A DNA stretch of 64,000 bases from the human T2T-CHM13v2.0 reference genome, Homo sapiens, in the NCBI RefSeq assembly GCF_009914755.1, contig NC_060929.1. The stretch is one strand, 5' to 3'. Below, in pieces: positions 52,709-64,000 of this stretch. The stretch's first letter is position 1, and each line of letters opens with the position of its first letter. The position numbers and the translations under genes were made by a program. The notes under the pieces were generated by a model. The model saw only the letters and a list, made by a program, of their open reading frames with translations, did not search any database and had not been told where the DNA came from.

Positions 52709-52955
52709 CAGTGGTTGGTAATGGCCATTGAGTAGGGAGGATTTCGCCCAAAAGAGAACATTTGCCAAAATCTGGAAACATTTTTGTGGTCATCCCAGTG
52801 GGTGGGTTTTGCGGAGTTGGCACTATTCATACATAGTAGTTAGAGGCCAGGATACTGTTAAAAATCCTGCAGTGTACTGCACAGCCCCCTCTCCTCTCAT
52901 AAGAAAGAATTATCTGGCTCAAAATGACAAGAGTGCCCTTGTTGAAAAAACTTGC
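52709..52955. mobile_element. MER20
   Basis: cagtggtt...tctggaaacattttt...tagaggccaggatactg...aagaattatctggc. Confidence 0.82.
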
Positions 52956-53199
52956 TGTAAGCGATGGCAAGCTAGGTAGTATTTTCCAGTGAAATCTTAC
53001 ACAGATTGGAGTTGTGGTTTGGTAAGGGTGCTAATGAATGAGGATCTACTCTCTACCTAACAGCTTAGCCAAAACTCACCCTTTCTTATAACCAGTAACA
53101 AAGGAGCCTCAAATAAAATACATTTTTCAGAACAAAGAAATGTGACTAGCATAATAGACTGATTGCAATGTTATTTTTCTTGTTAACAATTTACAGTGT

Positions 53200-53790
53200 A
53201 ACAAACTGTTATTGCTGGTAAGGGTGCAAATTGGTTACAACCACTTTGGAAAACTGATGTGCAGTATTCATTATAGCTGAACTTATCCTACCCTGTAATT
53301 CAGCAGTTTCATTCCTGAGTGTATACGCAAGAGAAATTAATGTATGTGGCTACTAAAAGTTTCGTGTAACAATGTTCATAGCAGTTTGATTCATTATAGC
53401 CCCAAACTGGAACAAAGTGAAGCATATTCATAAAATGGAATATTATCTGGTAATAAAAAAGAAAATGCTACACACAGTAACATAGACAAATCTCGCAGTC
53501 ATTGCATTGAGTGAAATAAACACAAAATAATTCATATTGTATAATTCCATTTATATGAAATTCAGGAACAAGCGAAACTAATCGATGATAGAAGTCAGGA
53601 TGATATTGACCTTTCTGGGGTTGGTATTGGCTTGGAAGGGGCACAGTGAACCTTCTGAAGTGATGGAAATGTATACCTTGATCTGGAATGTTATACTGGT
53701 GTATGCGTATGAGAAAGTTCATCAAGCCGCACATTGACTTTTTGTGAACTTTATATGTGTTATACTCCAGTGTTTTTTAATTACTAAATA
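53200..53790 (+). mobile_element. L1ME-like 3' end
   Basis: attgctggt...caaccactttggaaaac...attccatttatatgaaattc. Confidence 0.8.
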
Positions 53791-53960
53791 TAAGAAAAAC
53801 AGCAAAGCCACTTCTTAACTACTTGAAGTCTTCTGTCTCAAGCTTGGTTAAATACAGGGTCAACTACATACTATATTCTCAATAAATATAAATAACTCTA
53901 ATGCATTATTTGGTAAAAGGAATATGGGATTTGGAATCAGACCTAGTTTGTTTGTTTTTT

Positions 53961-54068
53961 AAGACTAGTCAAGTGCAGGAGTGAGAAGGAGGGAAAGAGT
54001 AGAACAAGAGTTCAATCTAGACCTGACTGAACAACCAATTGAGATAACTCACTACCTTTGGACCAGCT
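53961..54068 (-). pseudogene. Y1 RNA (hY1) retropseudogene
   Basis: Minus strand GCTGGTCCaAAGGTAGTGAGTTATCTCAATTG...CTGCACTTGACTAGTCTT, A-rich tail, 13-bp TSD tcagacctagttt. Confidence 0.95.
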
Positions 54069-54560
54069 TCAGACCTAGTTTTGTATCACAGCTTCATCTT
54101 TCATTAGCTGTATGACATTGAATAAGTCACTTACTTGGGTACTTTTTGTGACTATAAAAGAACAGAAGATAGCTGAGAGAAGTATAAAAAACATTTTTAA
54201 AATTTTAGCCTTCATTCATGATCCCTCACCACTGAGAAACGTCCACACACATTCAGGAATGGGCCTCAGCAGTTAAGAATGCATTAGGTGACCTAACACC
54301 TCTGGCTTTAGCTAGTTGAACAACAGAACCCTATCTGAATGAATCAGATTTTTCTGAGAATTTAAAATTAGGATTGAGAGAAGCTTGTCAGACTGCTGAT
54401 CACTTGAACTGGGAAAATATAACCTTAGGCCAGGGCTGCTTTGTTTGGTAGCAAGCAGCATGTGGAGAATCTGAGAGCTGTGATACAGAACAAGAGTAAT
54501 CTCAGATTACTTACTGTGTCACCCAGTGTTCTAAGTGCTATAAGTCTGTGAATTTGGGTA

Positions 54561-54994
54561 CAGGTTTAGTATTCCTTATCCAAAATGGTTGGGACCAGAA
54601 GTGTTTAGGATTTGGGTTATTGGAATATTCGCGTATATATAATTAGATATTTGGGGATGAGTACTCAAGTCTAAACATGAAATTCTTTTATGCTTTATAT
54701 TTTATGCTTTATATATACCTTATACACATAGCCTGAAGGCAGTTTTATACAATGTTTTCAGTAATTTTGTGCATGAAACACGTGATGCATCATACAAGGT
54801 CAGGTGTGGAATTTTCCACCTGCTGTGTCATGTGGGTGCTCAGAAAGTTTCATGAGGCAGAAAGATTGCTTGAATCTAGGAGTTCAAGACCTGCCTGGGC
54901 AACATAGTGAAACCCCAGCTGTATTTAAAACATAATAATAAAAAGTTTCAGATTTTGGAGCAAATCAGCTTTTTAATTAGGGGTGCTCAACCTG
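54561..54994. mobile_element. Tigger4/MER46-like element with a nested truncated FLAM (54853-54940)
   Basis: TA-caggtt..gtat.cctta ... gggtgctcaacctg-TA termini; FLAM TSD aaagtttca. Confidence 0.8.
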
Positions 54995-56559
54995 TACTAT
55001 TATCCTTACATTACAGGTAAGGAAACTAAAAAGCTTGCTTAAAGTAAGTGCTAAAGATAGTAAAACCCAAGTAATTTGACCCCGGAGTCTGCTTTCATGA
55101 AGCAGTGCTGACATACCAGACAGAGATACTGTAGCTGCCTCAGTTCCTGATAGCTTTCTGGTTCCTGATCTTAGCGCTTTGCAAGGATAGGTCTGCTCCC
55201 TATCTTTGAATTATTTATAATAATTTATCCTTAAAATAAAATTTTGTGTCTTAATCTAGCTTGAGTGGGTTTCAGCCAGTTGCAACTGAAAGAGCCCTGC
55301 CTCAGTTTGACTGTGAATGGGGTTGCAAATAACAAACCTCACAGAAACTGACAATGGCTGATTCAAGGTGAGATAGGTGGGTAATGTGGACTTTCCACCA
55401 TTAAGATGGAAACTTAGTTTGTGTTATGCAGCAGTGAATCCTTTTATCCAGACTTTCTCCAACAGTGTTTTAGAACTCGGTCATTGAGTGTTGCATTACA
55501 GAATTTGGTAGCCAAATATTTTTAAATGTCAAGTATATTGGTTACTATATATGAGTTTTGAAAAGCACATTGGAAAAGAGAGGCATTCTAAACAAGTTTT
55601 CCAGAAACAAAGCAGATTGGAGCAAACTCTGCAAATTTGACAATTATTGGAAGCCATTTCTGCCTGTAGCCTATGGTCTGAGAATGTTTGACCAGATCAA
55701 ATTATTCGAGAGGCGTGTTTAATTGCAGCATTTTTTTGCCACATTTTTTCTAATACTAGAGTTTTTACACTGAGTACCAGAAAGTGAAATCTTAGTATTA
55801 GGAATAAGACTCAAGGAGGTGCAAGTGATAATAAAGAACTCTAATTCCTCAGCTTCCTCCCCAAATATTTTCTACTGCCTACCCCTTTTCATGCCTCACA
55901 GAAATATGATGATACTTCACACCATCTATCAATAGCAACTAGGATTGGAATGCACTGTGTGTATAGGGATATGACTAAAGGGCAAGCTGGCATGCCTGCT
56001 TATTCTCTTGTTTGCTTGTGAGGCTAAAACAGAACAATGTCGATGGACAGAGTCCCAGCTGTTGCTAAGAAACAGAAGTTCAGAAGAATTGACAACTTAA
56101 GGAGAAAGCTGACCCACTAAGGTCTTCAGCATTAACTAAATACAAAAGGAATCTCCCCTAAAAGAAAATCGGCAAGCAATCCTTCACAGTAGAGCAGTTG
56201 CATGCCATAAAACCCCAATGTCTGCAGTAGACCCAGACCACAGACTATCTCAACTTCTCAGGCACCTCCCATTCTCCAATTCAAAGGAATTTGCACCTGC
56301 CATAAGTGAGTACCCTTACCCAAATGAGGAACCTCAGTGTCTTTCACTTGGGAATGTACCTGAAGGACTCTATAAAAGGGAATCCAAACTGGGTGTAGCC
56401 AGATTTTCTAATAACTGGTTAGGAAGTGGTTCAATTAATTTATGCCTTGTAAGATTACAAGGGCCTATTATGTCCTATCATACTCCTGCTGCATACAGTA
56501 TATACTGTAATTGAGCTAGTTAAATTTGTATTGAGTCCACAGATTGCAGTATAAATTCA

Positions 56560-57130
56560 AATATTTCTTGAAAGCTCTCTCTATCCCTGTCCTCAGGCCA
56601 AGTACTAGGAAAACAGTGTGAAGGACAGGGTTTTTCTCACTTGGAGTTGACATTCTAGTTTGAAATTGGAGGAGGAGAAAGACAGATGAATAAGTAAATA
56701 ACAGGATTCTAAATGGAAGCTGGGTGCCGTGGTACATGCCTGTAGTCCCAGCTACGTGAGAGGCTGAGGCGGGAGGATTGCTTGAGTCTACGACCTTTAG
56801 TGGAGGCCCACCTAGGCATCATAGCAAGTCCTTCTATCTTTATAAATAAATAAGATATTGGGATGATTTCTGTAAAGGAAAGATAGGGTACTATCAGAAA
56901 GAGTAACGAGACATTTACATGGGAAGAGCAGTTAGGGTGGTCAGAGAAGGCTTCTTTGAGCTGTATCTGGAAGGATGAGATGGAGCTGATTGTAGGAAGA
57001 ACCGTGGGAAAAGTAGGAAGGAGAGCAAATGCAAAGACCTTAAGGTAGGAGAGCGTTGTGACATGGAAAGGACTGGAAGAGGCAGATACTGCTGAAGATA
57101 AGTAAGTAAGAAATAGAGTTGATAATAGAG
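56560..57130 (-). mobile_element. L2 remnant with Alu monomer (56718-56850)
   Basis: ggagttgacattctagt...ggtcagagaaggcttct..gagctg. Confidence 0.65.
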
Positions 57131-58609
57131 TGAGCACTCATTCAACAATTTAAAAAATTATTTTTTAATTTTTATCTGAATTCATTTTTACAAATTTTGT
57201 ATTAACATTAATTTGAGGAAGTAAAAATATTCATTTGGCTAGAAACTTCTCTCTTTCTTTTCATTTTTTAAGTTCTCTATACATCTTAATTTTTTAACTG
57301 CCTGAAATTAGACTTGGTATAACAGGTATAAGGCATGAATATTTTACTTTTAAGAAATGATTTTTCAATCAATTTGATTTTATCATTTCTTAACATTTGT
57401 TATTATGAATCATGTTTCTGTTTTTTCCTCTGCTTAGTTAATATCACTTTAGAGAAATGTAAGTAAAAACTGTGCAAAACTGTTGTTTCATATACTGCCA
57501 TTAACAAAGCTCCCAAGGAGACAGTATATGGACCTACCTAACTCATCAAAAATAATTAGCCTAGACAAATAGACATATTGGATGGGAAGGGAAAAGAAGT
57601 ACAATTAGCTCTCCATGTTGTTGTCCTATGGGTTTTCACAGTTAAATCAACATGCAGTTTTCAATGACAATACATTAATAAAATAAGCTAATTAGACATT
57701 TTGAAAAGGGTTCAAACTTAAGAAAAAAACTCTGTATAGCCCCAAATCTACAGTAAAATAGAACTGCTGCAAGGAAGAGAATGGTGGTAGGACTTCCGCC
57801 TGTTTTTCATACTTCCATTTCTGTTCTGTGCCTTCCCCCTGCCTGCCACTCTCATATAGAAATCAGAGAGAGAGAGGTCTTTAAAAATGTAAAACAAATC
57901 ATGTTGCTTTGCACTCTTTCAGAAAAATTCAACCTCCTTTCTATTGAGTCTTACAAGAGCCTGCATGATCTCACTTCAGTCTAACTCTCCAAAATCCCAT
58001 CCCCTATCATTCTCCCCTCTACTCATTATGTTCCAGCCAATTGGCTTGCTTTCTGTCCTCAAGCCTGCCAAATTCTTTTCCACTTGCAGGCTTTTGCTCT
58101 GGTCATTTCTGTTCCTGGAATGCTTCCTTGGCTCTTCACACATAGGGCTATTTGTCATCTTTTAGGTCTGAGGCCAGATGTCACTTCCTTAGAGAGGCCT
58201 CCAAAACATTTTCCAAAGAGGGCTTCCTCTGTTACTTTTCTAATTACCCTGTGTATTTCCTTCGTAGTAATGATCGTGATTTGCAATTACTTTATTTTAC
58301 CTGTCTTGTCTGTTGTCTTCTCTGTTACTAATACATAAGCTCCCTGATAAACTGATATGATGAAACATTTGGAAAACTTAAGGATGTATTAAAAGTAAAT
58401 TTTGTAGGATTTTTAAGAAGCAGCAATTAAAAATTACCAGTGAAGCATAACAATTATACAGAAAGGAAACAAAATCATCGTGCCCTATTACCATCTATTG
58501 TCAACGTGAAGTAAATATTGTTATTGATTTTAAAAAATATGGTGATAGACAGTAGTTCTATTGGAGTGGTAGGGGTGGATGTAGCATGTGAGTGCTAAAT
58601 GCCCATAGT

Positions 58610-59360
58610 GGAAGTTGGCATTGTTGATCCAACCTCCATCTGTCTTTCTCCCATAGGGTAGTGGCCACATGGTCCAGCTTTAGAGTTCAGCCTGATTCAC
58701 TTAAATTGATTAGTATAATCCCATCCTGCTTGCCACTCTACTACATTTATGGATGGGCAGATCTAAGCCAATAAATTCATGGCATTCCCTAGGCCATAGG
58801 GCATAGTTGAGGAATGGGCATATAACCCAATTTGGAATAAAGAGTTGTGAGAGGTTTGTTTAGGAATTCAGAGAGGAGGCTTTTTTTTTTTTTTTTAAAT
58901 GAAAGATGACAATGAGCTTCTTTTTTGCCTCTGGGTGTTGGGTGTGTTGTTGTGAAACCAGGAACTGTTACATTTCTTTTGCTTCCACGAGAGACGCAAT
59001 CGATGTAAAGATGAAGACATCACACAGAAGAGAAGAGAACTGAGGGAACTACAGAGAAATGGAGCTAGAGCTGCTGGGTGAAGCTGACTCTGAGGCTTCT
59101 CATAAACTCTGTGCTTCCAGTTGTGAAAATAAATGCAGTTCTCATTTCTTCTTCTTCTTTTTTTTGTAAATTTTTCAAAATTTTATTTATTTAGAGACGG
59201 GAGTCTTCCTATATTGCCCAGGCTGTTTTTGAAAACCTGGGCTCAAGTGATCCTTCCCTCCCAAGTAGCTGGGACTACAGGCACATGCCCCTGTGCTCGG
59301 CTGTAGTTCTCATTTTTTAAACTAGGTGGGATTGTGATTACTACAAGTTGAGGCATCCTA
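58610..59360. mobile_element. MLT1-type LTR remnant with nested Alu monomer
   Basis: aggaatgggcatataacccaattt; Alu monomer 59160-59302. Confidence 0.55.
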
Positions 59361-60612
59361 ACTGATAAAATCCTATTAATAAGAAGTCAAGAGATAAGGT
59401 CTAAAATATATAAATGAAGAAGTAGCTAGGAATATATATTATTTAGAAAAATGGAACTTGCTAGCAGAATAAACAGCTTTCAGTAGCTAAAAAGTGTTTG
59501 TCTCTTTAAAATAGAAAACAGAGATGGGGAGGAGAGATGAGGCACAGGCTATTTTTTTTTTAATTGTGAGCCTTTCAACACTTTGATTTGTTAATTGCAT
59601 ATTTTAATTGTTAAGTTTTTTAACCTGATGAAGCTTAGACTTTTAAATTGAGCCCATTTTAAAAATTGTATCTTAAATTGCTATTTTAATGCAAGCAATT
59701 TTAAATAAAAATATTTGGTGTTCCAGATATAGAGAATGGGTAATAGAGGAGTAGGGTACATGGAGTAGGCCTAGAAGGAAAGTCAGGATCTTAAAGGTTA
59801 CGAAGTTTGAAGTTTTGGGGTTTTTTTAAGTGCCTAATGGCTAATATTTTTAATGTATGTACCATGCTAAAAGTACTGCAAAAGTGTTGAAAAACAACAA
59901 AAACACTGATAGATTTGTTAAGATAGATTTCTTAAAACAAATTGAACATTTTATACATAATTTATCAAAGCCCATTTTGGAGAGAGAAGAATATCAGTTT
60001 TTCTTTTTCTTAGGTTGATATTGGCAGTATGTTTTCCCAAAGTAATATTATAGCCCTATGTTCCACTTGTAAAATACTCAACTGTTTCTATGTGTAACAA
60101 ATTTATTACTTCCCAATAGATTTTCACAGTGTTCTCATATTCACTGCATAAAATTCCAGATAGGTATTTGATACTTAACTTCTTTCTCTTACTACAGATC
60201 CACTTTGCATCTTATCTCACCCAAAATTCAGCTGGCATCTGACATGTATTTTAGTGGAATGTTTCAATATCTTTACAACCTCTTAATTTTTATACAGGAT
60301 ATATAGTTGGAGACGCATTGAGCAATTTGTTTTGCTACACAAAAATGTTCATGGGAGGGGAAAGTTGTGAAATCCAGCCTGGTGTCCATTCACCATATAG
60401 TCTGGAATTTGCTGCCAAGAAGAAAGGGCACATTTTGTAACTGACACAAAGTTTCTATATGTGTAAGTGGTGACCAAGGTTAGAGAGAGCAGTAAAAACA
60501 GCAATAGATCGTACAGTACATAATAAATTTTAGCTAAGATTTTTGAAGCACGCACTGAGTGTTAGGTAGTGAGATCACAGTGATGATGAATTCACTGGGC
60601 CAATGACGAGTG

Positions 60613-60738
60613 GGGTGACCATAGGCCAGTTTGCAGGGTACTACCCCAGTTTGCATCTGCTTTCCCATTGTTTTATCTCATTAGTGTCCCCTTTCTCACG
60701 TGTGTCACAGTTTGGACAGTAAGTTATCTAATCACCCA
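60613..60738. mobile_element. MER94-like hAT MITE
   Basis: gggtgaccata...cagtttggac..taa.ttat...tcaccc termini. Confidence 0.7.
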
Positions 60739-61429
60739 AAAAAAGGGAAAATTCATCCCAGACTGAGTGGAAGAGACATGGGTACGTGAAAAAGCATGAT
60801 CTCCTCTGATTTGGCTTGAAAAAAAAGTTGGCAGCAGAAAATGGCACAAGGTAGAAATTAAGACTGAAAAGATGGTGAGGATCCGAGATGGTATAGGGCC
60901 TTATGCACTAGTTTTAAAGAGATTTCTCTTGAAGGCAATGGGGACTAATAGTGGTTTGGGGCAGGCATATGATAAAATCATATCTGTTTAGAGTTGAAAA
61001 GAGCAAAAATTTCACTATATTACCCTCTATCCCTTCCCACAAATCCCCCCGCAACACCCCCCACACAAAGCTGGGAGAAAGGGGAAAATCATATTCTTTC
61101 TGAGTGTAAATGCACTCATAACTGAGCCCCACTTAACTCCTTGGAATGAATGCCAGACCCTATGTATTCTATCTGTAAAACTGTTGTCATCGGCATGATG
61201 AATCTACGTGTTTGCAGATGGTAAGCTACTCTAATACAATATGCATTACTTTTCCTATAAGTTGAATTGTATGTTTTAAGAGATTATTGTGTCTGTTGGT
61301 AAGCCTGTTAATGCTAGTTGCACATTATTGCTATTATGTAATTGAAAAAATTATGGAAATTGATGAACTAAGAAGGCAACTGTTTCTATGAAAATTTTGT
61401 TGCATGCTTTTGAAAAACTGAAAGACAAG

Positions 61430-61772
61430 TGTCTTAGTTCAGGCTGATATAACAAATTACTGTAGATTGGATGGTCTATAAATGACAGAAATTTGTTTCA
61501 CACAGTTCTGGTGGCTGGAAGTCTAAGATAGTGTTAACATATTCAGGTTCTGGTGAGTGCCCTCTTCTGGGCTGCAGACTGCCTACTTGTGGGACTCTCA
61601 CATGGCAGACAGCAGAAAGAAGCAAGCCCTCTTGGGTACTAATCCCTCATGGGATTAGTGTCCCCTCAAGACCACACCTAATCCTAATTATCTACCAAAG
61701 GCCGCACTTGCTAATATTACATTAGGGGGTAGGATTGAGTTTTGGGAGGATGCACACATTCAGTCCATAGCA
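61430..61772. mobile_element. MLT1A-like solo LTR
   Basis: TG...CA termini with 5-bp TSD ACAAG; cacagttctggtggctggaagtctaagat. Confidence 0.85.
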
Positions 61773-62182
61773 ACAAGTTGCTAAAAATATTGGGATAATT
61801 GAGGTATGGATGGAACAACTCTAAAAAATAAATAAAATTAAAGGAGTGGGCAGCGTAACTGTCAAGAAGGTTATGTGCTCATTTTGCTATACCACATGCT
61901 GTGTACCTGTGGCCATACTATGCTCTACTAAAGATATAGTTCTGGCAGCTACAATCAGGGCTACTACTTGGACTAGCAGTAGCCTGTGGTCCTTGTCTAG
62001 GATTTATCTAGTTTTTGTGGGGGGCAGACAGGTGAATTAAATGAAAATATGATAGGGATCAGCATCAAGGCATCCTGGAAGTCTTTAAGAGTTGGCACTA
62101 ATCTTCTCCATCCCCACCTGAAATGTGAGATACTGCTTTTGGTTTACTCTTTTGTCTGAAGTTTCCAAGACTCTACTTAGCT

Positions 62183-62341
62183 TTCCCCACTATAATAGGT
62201 CTTACTTCAGGATCTAAAACTCAATGTAGAAATTACTCTAACTGCCAAGCATGTCTATGCCTTCCTAACTATAATAGCTCTTAACTTCAGGACCTAAAAC
62301 TCAATGTAGAGATTACTCTAACTGCCAGGCATGTCTATACC
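62183..62341. repeat. Two-copy ~80-bp tandem duplication
   Basis: acttcagga.ctaaaactcaatgtaga.attactctaactgcca.gcatgtctat.cc twice. Confidence 0.92.
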
Positions 62342-62436
62342 AAATATAACATTCAGGGACTGGGGACCATCAGCTGTTCCCATGGACCCAGGGTACACAT
62401 CATAAGCCAGGATTTGGCCAAGACTAAAGTTTATTA

Positions 62437-62519
62437 TTAGTTTGGTGCAAAAGTAATTGCAGTTTTTGACATTAAAAGTAAAAATGTCAAAAACTGCAAT
62501 TACTTTTGCACAAACCTAA
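62437..62519. mobile_element. MADE1 (Hsmar1 MITE)
   Basis: TA-flanked palindrome ttag.ttggtgcaaaagtaattgc...gcaattacttttgcac.aacctaa. Confidence 0.95.
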
Positions 62520-64000
62520 TACCTGGCTCCTATATGCTGCTGCTCTAGTAAGGCCAAGATGATACTGTTGGTCTGCAGGTATTAATGTCAACTCAGACCC
62601 TGTGTCTGTCTTCTCTGAAGTATCTAAATATTCCCCACTTTCCAGTGTGCAGTCACCTGAGAAAAGGCCTAGATCCCTTTAGGAAAGGATGGGAAGAATC
62701 ATTACAGTATATGATTATGGGTTCCTTCCCTCCAGGGATCTGGCCACCTGTCAACAGGTTCCCAGTCTGAAAATTGGCTCAGATCTGGCAATTGAGTGAG
62801 GGATCATGATGCTTTTTATTGTGATAACCACTCTTAGTCTCCCCATCCACTCTTGCTTTTTTTGATTATATATGTGAGGCGGTACTCTTGTTGCCTCCCC
62901 ATCTGTTTTGCACATAGGGACACTGAACTCTGTTAGCCAACTCTAAAACTTGTTTTGGGTTGAACCCCCTTGACTGTCACTCTGATTTTGCTGGTCATGA
63001 TAATTGTGACTCCCCCTGACTTCTGGCAATAAACCCTGCCCCCTGGCATTTAATGTGCTTCTGGGGCCCATCATTCCCATTCCTTTTGATAAGCCAAGTT
63101 CTGTGATAGTATCTTCTACCGTTACCTCTGACTATCAAAGGTGAACTGGCACTGAACTTTTTAGTGAGGCTAGTGCCTCTCTTACTAGTACATTCCTGAT
63201 GGCCTTAGTGAATGGTGTGTCCTCCAGGCCCTCCCATGGAACATCATTCTTGTGTGGGCTGCTGGCCTCACATAATGTATCTACTCCAGCCTACCCATTT
63301 CCCTGACCCCTTTAAATCTTGTTCTTCACTGTCTGCCTTTAGCAGTTGAGGCATTTCGACTTCACTCAACATGGGCAATTGCTTCTAGTAACCATCCTAA
63401 CCGGAAGTTTGCACCCTCCTCAGGGACCCCGATAGAGTATTAAATCTCATATCCTCAAATTGCCTCCAACTTAATGATGTCACTTTTTTCCAGTCTTATG
63501 TTTCAGCCTTCTTGATCAAACACCCTCAACATCCAGTCCCACATACTCCTCTATTTCCTACCAATATATTCTGACTAATTCTTGCAGCTTCTTTTGGGGG
63601 TATACATTAGGCCTAGCACATTCCCATTTGGGCCATGACTTAATCCTAGATACTGGTCTGACAGTCATGAGAGATAGGGTAGGTTTCCAAGAAGGCCCTC
63701 TGTTGCCTTATTCAGGAACTATCTACTTTTGAGTACTAGCTTTCAGTAAGAAAGGTAGGCAGCCTCTGCAGACTGAGTATTCAGAGGAGATTTGACAGCC
63801 AAAATGTTTGGGGGTATCCCCCTAGCTGTCCTCATCCTGTATGCCAGAGTCCCAAGTTTTCCAACTAACAACCTAACCTTGGCTTCAATTGTATTTTAAT
63901 CTTCTTGACTGTTAAGTCCTGAGTTTGGTGTTCCAGCTTTTTTCTGTTTTCCCAGGACAAAAAGATAAGGGCCTCTTTGTAAGCTACTAAAGAAGCTGTC

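Larger units (their letters stand above)
61850..64000 (-). mobile_element. Degenerate ERVL-type internal region (gag/pro/RT-start remnants)
   Basis: Minus strand gives disrupted ISATLKD...IPI..FNSPV..QK.D.S...QVVA.I.AA (RT start, ~61940-62110) and DWMLRVFDQ (gag-like, ~63510-63540). Confidence 0.7.

Noticed and set aside
54686-54713. 14-bp tandem duplication ttttatgctttata
   Set aside because: Low-complexity slippage inside a Tigger remnant; no further significance

Overview
Human (or very close great-ape) genomic DNA containing the 5' half of CHD1 (chromodomain helicase DNA-binding protein 1) on the minus strand. A CpG-island promoter and non-coding exon 1 lie at ~45.3-47.2 kb. Eighteen coding exons run from 43706 down to 375 and give 2718 coding nt (906 codons): Ser-rich N-terminus, polyQ, double chromodomain, SNF2 ATPase lobe 1 with DEAH box, and most of lobe 2. 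All introns are GT-AG and exon phases are consistent; the gene continues beyond the left edge. The rest is repeat-rich intron and upstream sequence (Alu, L1, L2, MIR, MER DNA transposons, MaLR/ERVL). I see no evidence of a wholly new biological system. The best second-look items are: a ~164-bp near-identical direct repeat bracketing exon 3; two short uORFs in exon 1; a U6/L1 chimeric retrocopy; a Y1 RNA retrocopy; a MADE1 hairpin with matching changes on both arms; a perfected hairpin in a mini-MER2; a candidate divergent transcript; and several close inverted Alu pairs. Repeat boundaries and subfamily names are by eye and approximate.
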